Source: a virus (taxonomy: Duplodnaviria; Caudoviricetes). From it: a stretch of DNA of 28,673 nucleotides. The position numbers and the translations under genes were made by a program. Every line of letters begins with the position of its first letter. Within the stretch, counting starts at the first letter, position 1. Shown piece by piece: positions 19,301 through 28,300 of this stretch. Below the pieces are notes generated by a model. The model had not been told where the DNA came from. It saw only the letters and a program-made list of their open reading frames with translations, and searched no databases. The stretch lies in the IMG/VR virus record IMGVR_UViG_3300044513_002633, positions 1 to 28,673 of that record; one strand, given 5' to 3'.

Positions 19301-22300
19301 AACTGTAGCTGCTGCTCCAATTATTGGATCATATCCAAAACTTGTAGAAACGGAAACTTTCGATATTCTTCCAGCGTTTGGAGTGCCGGTTAGGAATCTC
19401 AGAACGTTTGTTCCACTACCATCTACAGTATAATCAACAGATGGATTTTGGAAAACATTGTTGATTAAAACAATAGGATTGTTACTGATCTCTGTAGAAC
19501 TATTAACATCATTGAAAACTGTATCTGTTGGTTGGTTATTAACCTTTAAAGTAAATTCTGTTGCTGCGATACCAGTAAATGACAGTGATATATCATCGAA
19601 TAGAACGTTCTTATCCTCTGGAGTACCGGCATCAAATCTTCTACTAAAAGCTCTACCACCAAATATAGATCCCGTTTCTAGTCCAACAGGACCTATTTGA
19701 CCATATGGAGCAGTATCAAAATAAATTACATCTCCAATGACATTGAAACTACCATTTAATACTGTAGCTGCAACACCAACAGTATGTGCCGTTGCAACTG
19801 TTCCGAAGTAACCTCTCTCAACTTCTACATGATTTTCTGAAGTAACTCCAATTTTCTTGATTGAGACAAGTTCACTATCAAGACTAATGATGTCACGAAC
19901 ATTTAATGAAGAAATTCCGGAAGCAACACTTAATATATTTGTAGAAGCTGTAGAAACACTTGATGAGAGAACAACTTCAAGAGATTTTCTTGATAGTGGT
20001 TTTTGTATTACACCATCAATTGTTATAATTACACTAGCGTTTGGATCTTTATATTCTAAAGCATGTGTTGCCGTTCCAACTCCAGTTAGATTCAAAAATA
20101 CACTAGTTGATAATCCAGAAAGTTTGAATTGATTGTCATTTAGTTTGAATACAAAAAGATTAGACGGCAGAGAATCTGTACCGAGTTCAAGTGGTCTAAA
20201 GGACAAATCATCATTGGAACCAGATCCACCGATATAAGTACCTGCAATAGAAATTATTGAATTGGCATCATATCCGGAACCACCATTTAAGACATCAACA
20301 GAAGCAATCTCCCCGTCATTATTTCTAAAGACATTGAAAGTAGCTCCAGTAGCGTCCGAAGAAGGAACTTCAGAATAACTTTGATTTGCTTCTGCATCCA
20401 ACACTGTTGGTCCTGTTGCAGAAACAACAAAACTCAAATCATTTGTTGGCGTCGCTCCTCCAATGTATGTACCTGCGATAGATACTGTTTCTCCAACCGA
20501 ATAACCACTTCCACCCTTAATAAGGGTTATTGATGTTGATAGAGGTTGGCCGGTAGATACACTGTATGTAATTGTAACATTAAATTCTGCACTAGTTCCA
20601 GTTGTTCCATTACCAACAGTTTGAACATATTGTTTAAAAGATGGTCCAACTGGAGACAATACTGTAGATACACCAGTTATGGAAGTTGTTAACGCTGCTG
20701 CATATCCATTTTCAAATACTGCCGTCCCATCAAAATCATAAACGTTCAACAAACTATCAACAGTCCCAGAGACATATGAAGTGGTTGCAATTCCAATAGG
20801 ACTTCCATTTGAATAAGAGTAGATCAACTCTTGACCAGACTGGAAATTGTGGTTAGGAATAGTGAATGTATCAGTTGTAAGATCAATACTGGAACCGGTA
20901 AATTCATGTTTGAATAAAGAAGTTCCTTTATTTTTCAACTTAAAGGTAGACAATCCAACAACAGCACCACCTCTTGTTAATGATGGGAATGTTAAATCTG
21001 GTGCAAAATTTGTACCCAATCCAATAATTGTGGTTATAATTCCGACATAGTTACCAAGAGATGATCTAACATCTGCACAATCTGCAGTTCCATAAAATTC
21101 TGTTGGGATTCCAGCGAGACTACTATTTCCTATAGCAACTGTTAAAATTCCAACTAAAGTGTCGATATTAGTTCGAACATCTGCACAGGAAGATGGATCC
21201 GTATTAAATCCTGTCAATGGATCAGCTGTAATTGTAAGATCCTTGGAATACAACTGATTTGTGACCGCATTTTTCATATATCCCTTTGAACTTTCAAAGA
21301 CATAAACTGATTCAGCTTCTTCACCAAGAAGTCCATCTGTCAAAGCAGCACCAACACCATCAAAGTACTTTTTAGTATTGTATATTGTGTGCTGGTTAGT
21401 TCCATAAGATAGGTCTTGAGCTACGCCATCAATAATATATCCCAAATCACGGAAACACTTATTACCACCTGTCGTGTAAGTGCCTACATTGAGGACTGGC
21501 AGCGTTGCAGTGGACCCCAGAGAAATGATTGAAGTAATGACCCCCACCAGGGTTATAATGTTCGATTGAACGTCACTACAGGCGTTAGAGTCGGTGTTAG
21601 AGACTGTTGTTCCTACACCATAAGTTGGAGGACCATCAGTGACAGTCAAATCTTGAATGGAAAGACCATTTCTAACTGCACTTCTCATCAAATCTCTTGA
21701 TTGGACAAATCCATAGAGAGATTCGGACTGGCCACCCGTCAAACTACCAGGAATGATGATGTCATTATTAAAATATGAAGCAGTAAATTCTCTGGAATAG
21801 GTATTGCCTCCTGTAAATATATCAACCGAAACGGCATCAACAAATTTACCCAAATCAGATTTGAACTGAGAAGTTACAGTAGAAAGTCCAGGATAAACCG
21901 AAAGGCTGTTAGAATAAGAAGTATCAACAATTTCTTGTCTGTTTACTTGAATTAGTCGGTAACCGTCATAATATCTGGATCTTTCATTAGTCTGAGCGTC
22001 TCCTGGGAAGTAAAAATCTGGGAATCCAATAGCAACAGATGCAAGAGACCTGTCTTGAATTTCTCTCTTATTAGCTAGAATGAGGTTTCTAGAATCTTTA
22101 TACCTATTAACATTAGCATTAAGAGGATCTGGAGTTACAGTAAAATTAAACTGTTGTTGTACAGATGATTGATATAGAGTTGGTGGAGTTTGATTGTTGA
22201 TTACATATTGACCAATAAACTTAACATAATTATATGCAAACAGAGTTTCTTCAGTTTCATTTGTTACATATGAAGAACCAGCATCCCAATATGCTAGACC

Positions 22301-25300
22301 AGCCTCAACAGACTTATTATTTGAGTTATACTTAAGATCATGGGATACTGCATCGACAATAAATCCAGTATCTCGTAGGCACTTTTCTCTACTGTAAGTT
22401 GTACTTAATCCAATATTTGGATAGTTAAATTCAACAAAAGCAACTACCTCTTCTTGAATAAACTGTTTGTTTAAATCCAATAAATCGGAAGCATCTGCAT
22501 ACCTACCTCTTAGGTATTGTTCAGAAGTTCCATTAAACTGATCTGAAATATCGTCAATGTTTAGAACTTTATTTGTTCTGTTCATTATAAAGGCTTCTAG
22601 ATCAACCCCTTCGTCAAAATAAACATTTTGTGTTGAACCATTTTCCAGTAATTCTTCTTCATAAACTCTAGCAAAGTTTTTCCTAGTATTCATAGGAATA
22701 ACTTCATCAACATTTAAGAAAGTGAAAGAATCTGAAACCGCAAGTCTTGGTTTCATATTCACAGATCTAGCAATTCCAACATTAACTTCATTTTGAGTTG
22801 GACTTGTAACAATCTCTAGATCAGAAAACTCTTTAAATCCTGATGGATGAACAATCGATCTTACAGATTCTCTCCACGTAGAATACGGAATACCTCCTTT
22901 GATCGAATATGCAAACTTCTGATAGTAGAAGTTGTCCGATATTCTTTGAGAATATTCATTTAGAATACCAGAAGAGAGGTCTACTGAAGCCGTCTTATCT
23001 CTAGAAACACCGAGGGTTGCAAATAAATTAAATTTATCAAAATATTCTACAGTACCAGTAATCTTAGATGTTTCTCCATAAATTTTATCACCTACGGTTA
23101 TATCTCCAGAAACGTTCTTTAATCTCATTTGGTTGAGTCTACCGTCCCAACCTCTCTCCATAATTCTACCAGAGAACCTTGGTGATGTAACAACCTCATT
23201 TGATGCATAATTTACATCATCTTTTAAGATCATCTCAAAAACAGGCATGTCATTCTTATTAATCACTGTGCCCAAATTAAATTCATCACTATAATCACCA
23301 AAAGTACCGGTAGATATACCAGTCATATCATAAGTGACAGTATTATTAATAGAACTTATTCCAGTAACTGTAAAAAATACATAGTCATATGAAGAGGAAT
23401 TGAAATTAGCGCGACCAAGATTTCTTGTCTCATCTGTTAGTCTACAATTTTCAACAAATATCTGATCACCCACATTGAAAGGATATACAAAGTCAGTGCT
23501 ACCAAACCCTGTTGGTATAAATGGAGTAAGTCCGGCAACATTGGATAATTCTAAAGTTACAGAATCTCCAACAGTTGTTATATTATCAATTTCATATCCA
23601 TTTGAATTGAATATTGTTATCACTTCGAGGGGTTTAGCTATCGAAGTAGAGTTTTTGTTAATGGTTACATTAGTGACCGATCCACCAGAAATAATTGCAC
23701 CCAGTTCAATACCAAGATCATTATTTCTTACAAGTAATTTCGGTGGACTATTATATCTTCTACCACCTGTTGTTATTCCAATATAATCTATGGTTCTTAT
23801 ATCTTTAACTCCAAGAACAGTAGGAACACTGAGAGATGGAGAAAGTGTTGGGTCAGTTGGATAATCAAATCCATCCTTCACTCTTGTGAAAGTCTCAACT
23901 CTACCAATATTTGGAGATATGAGTTTCACAACTGCGTTTGTTCCCTTTTCACTTCTAACTTCTCTGACTCTAGGAACTTTATTAAATCCTCTTCCTGGGA
24001 AGTTAATTTTTAATTTAGATATGGGCCCTAATGCACTAAGTGATGTAGTTTTATATGAGAAAGTTGTTAAACTTTCAGTTAAAATTTGATTTTCAATGAA
24101 TGTTGGTTTCTTATCACTAAAGAATGTAAAAGATTTGTCAGAAACACTAGTAATTTTAAATCTAGAGTTGAGTCTATGATTTACTATACTAATTTTATTA
24201 TGTGATAAAACGTCAACATCTGTTGATATTTGATTCTTACTCTGTTCAGAAGTTCCCTTAGTGAATAATCCATAATAGATTGGGAAGAATTGAGCTGAAA
24301 GATCCAAAATAATCTTAGCTCCAGCATCTCCTGGAGTGCCTTCTCTTTCCACAAAGAAACCAGTTCTTTCATTAATTTTTTCAACAAAATTCACGTCAAA
24401 GTAGAATTGTAAGTTAAGACTACTAAGACTAGAATCGGATACATCAAATTCTATCTTTGTAGTTCTTATACAAGTAATCTGTGGATTTATGAAATGCAGT
24501 TTTTGATCGGTGCCACCAATAGAAGTGAACTTAATAAAATTCGAATCTTCTATGTCACTTCTATATTTGCATAATTTTATAGTATTAGGATCTGTTCTTA
24601 GAACATAATATGTTGAATAATTTTCAAGTCCATTAATTGGATATGCAGATATGTAAACTACCTTATCTCCAGTTACTATATTTCCAGTATATGAAGAAAC
24701 ATCGATAGAACTGTCGGACAATGAAACATCAGAGTCTGAGAAATCAATTTCTCTCATCAAAACTTTTCTGTTTACTGGATCAAAGAAAACTTTTACAACC
24801 TCGTTGTAATCAGTACTAACATTAAAGTTAATTTCATCATTAACTTGGAGATTATGGTTGGAAGTTGTGGTTACAATACCTGAAGATTTTTCTAAGGTTG
24901 CAGTAATCTTTGGATGGACAGTTGTTAACGAATGAGCTGCACCAATTACTCCCGCAAAATCTTCTTGATCCCAGAATTCCACAGAAGTATTGTTAGTTCC
25001 TATACCATTAGATGATGAAGTTGTGAATCCAACCGTTGACAATCCAATAAAATCTCTACCTAGGTTTACAGCATAAACTGTTTGATCATTTTCCAGTTGA
25101 ATGGATTGTGCAACACCCACATTATTAACATATAAAGATGTTCCAGCAAAACCAGATCCAGAATTATATTTTAATGGTTGACCTGTAAAGAATTTATGAC
25201 CAGGTATGTATATGCTTCTTGCTGGGATAAATCTGGTTTCTGTGGTACTGTTCCCAAAACCAGTTACAGTTACAAATGATCCGGTAGTTCCAATGCCCAC

Positions 25301-28300
25301 ATCAGTCTTTGGATCGAAGAATGTGGTATAGTTTTTAATAACATAATCCGTTACATTTCCAGTTGGGATAGAAAATTCTCTTGGCAAGAGAGTTACATTA
25401 CCACCAGATATGGTATGAATTCCTGTATTTTCAAGTCTATTTACATGGAATCCAGATCTCTGAACGTCTATTTTCGTAATTAACAGTTTTTCTGTTCCAA
25501 TTCCAATAAAATCATTAACTTGGAAACCGTTAACGTCCTTTACTTTGATAAAGGTAAATTTAGTGGTTGTAGCTTCGTCAGCGATATCTTCCGACAGTTC
25601 AACTTCCTTATTTTTGACCTCTGCAATCTTAACTCCTTCAAAAGGAGCTGAAGTAATAGTAGAAATTCCAATAATTGTTATTGGTTGTCCATTCCCAATT
25701 TCGTGTGGACCAGATGTTCTTATAACAGTATTTGGAGTTCTTATATTAAATTCAGCATTCGCTATTTTCTCTTGAACGACCGTGAAGGCGCCTACTTCTC
25801 TACCATCTAACTCACTTACAACAATGTTTGGTTGGACACCGCCAGAACCCGTTGCATCAACGTCTACGGGGTCATTTACTTTATAATTATCTCCACTGGA
25901 GAATATAGAAACATTTTCAATTTTACCAGAATTTATAGTTGTTACAGAAAACTCCTGTTTGTATTCCTCTAGAACCGTTTCGATCAAATCATAAGATGAA
26001 CTAGCTCTGTTAAGATAATATGGTCCAATATTTCTAGTTAGTGTTGTATCAAAAACATTAAAGTCTTGATTAAACGCTGGTAGAAAGTTTTCCTCCACTG
26101 GTTTATTATAAAAATATGGTCCAACAACATATGGATATTTTGGAGTAGATTCATTTGATGCACTAACATCTATAGTTGAAAAATATGCATATACTCCATT
26201 GGGGTACTCCGGAGTTATTGCAAATCTACCATTATGAATGTCCAGGTCACCAGAACCATCATACTTATAATCGTTAACAAAAAATCCTCCCTCAAAAGAA
26301 GGTGGCCTCTTTCCACTAGTTGTATCAACATCCAAAACATAGCCAGGATTCATTCTCCTTATAAATCCACCGGTTGTAGTATTATATGCATATGGTCCAT
26401 AAATTGGATTACCATCGTAAGCATAACCTAAAATAGGAGAGTGATTTACTGTTCCTGTACTTTCCTTATTATCTTCAGTAAAGTTATCAGATAATTGATA
26501 CCTTAGTATCTTGGGAACATAGAAAGAAATAAACTGTAATCCCAAATCTTTGTTTTTACTGGAATATAGTATTCCATCATCATCTTTATTGATGATATCT
26601 TTACTCTTAAATACCTGATTTATCTTCCATTCAGTTACATTAGCCAAGAACTTGGCATTTTGTCCTCTATTTTTTAACGTTAATGTAGTGTTTGATGATC
26701 CATATCCAACTCCACCAAAAACAATATTAACAGCTTCAATAGACCCTTCAGATATAATTGGTTCTAGTTGTGCAAAACTTCCAACTCCATCTACCAATAT
26801 CTCACAGTTTTTTCTAAACCCTTTACCCTTATTAATGATCTGAACATCTACAATTGACCCATCAATAATAATTGGTTTTAAAATAGCATTAGAAGTTACA
26901 CTAGAAACACCAACATCTGGTCTTCTATGGAAATTAATAATATCAGTACAACCGAATCCAACTCCACCATCTTCAAGATAAACATCATCAATAGATCCCA
27001 ACACAATAGGAATCAACTCAGAATTAATTATTGTTGTAGCTCCAGTTCCAGACTTCGATTCTACTTTTATTTCAATAGGTGGATATCCAAAAGTATGAGT
27101 TCCTACCCCTAAAGACTCAAATTTAACAAATTTATTTTTATCATAATTTTCAGAACTTAATTGAGTACTAACCCCAGCATTGTAAAGTCTAAATCTATTG
27201 TTATCTACTACTTTTACTTGATAGTATAAAGATGTCGATAATCCACTAATGGGAGTGCCTGTCGATTGATAAAGTACGTATTCTTCATTAGAAAATCCGT
27301 GGTTTTTTGCATAAACATAAGAATCAAAAGTATTGATGCCTGAAATATTATTATTCGCAGAGAGAAGTGAAGGAACTTTTACTTTTCTATTGGAATATCC
27401 TCTTCCAGGATCTTTTACATAAATTTTGGTAAAAGTATTTTTATTTTTTAAGGTTGCTATAAAGTGGAATCCAGAAGATACTCCAACAATATCAATTTCA
27501 TTCTCCTTGCGAAGAGCATCTTGTTGTGTATTAAATAATTTAATTTTGTTGTCAGTCAAAATTCCAACAAAATATGTTGAACTGTCTACAATTCCGGGGA
27601 GGTTTGTGTTCTTATTGGAATCATATATAACTTCTTCCCCATCTTCAAATGGAATAGTGGTCAAAAATTGTATGGTATTACCTATCGTTTCCACATTTAA
27701 ATCTGCCTTAAAGCCAACAGAGACTCTAGTGCTAACAAAGTTTGACTCTAAAGCGCAACCTACTCCATTACCGCCAATTATAGTTACTTTTGGTTTTTCT
27801 TGATATCCATATCCAGCATTTAAAATCTTAATGTCTCTCACAGTACCACTAAGATTTAAATGTGCCTTTACTGATCCTCCAGTTTCATCTCTCACTTCTA
27901 TAGGTGGAGATTCAATAACATCATATTCTTCACCTGGATTTGTAACGTCAATAGAAGACAATCCACCATAGTAAATATTTTCATCAAATAAAGTTGGTGA
28001 TAATATTTCGACACCATTTATCAACATCCCAAGTTCTCTATTGAAAGTTGTTCTTTCGTTTAGATCGTCAAATAGAGACTTGGTTGATCTAAATGGAAAC
28101 TTTTTAAGTAATTTTTGGTGTTTTAATGTTTTTTCTTCATATCCAGATTTATAGAAAACATCACCCGTTATTCCGGGATTAATATTAATATATTTTTTAG
28201 AAAAAATATCAGACTTACTATAAGAAAGTTTTATATTATTTTTATCTACTCTTGTTGCATAATAAAGTCCTGTGGAGATGCCAGAATTTCCAGTAGTATT

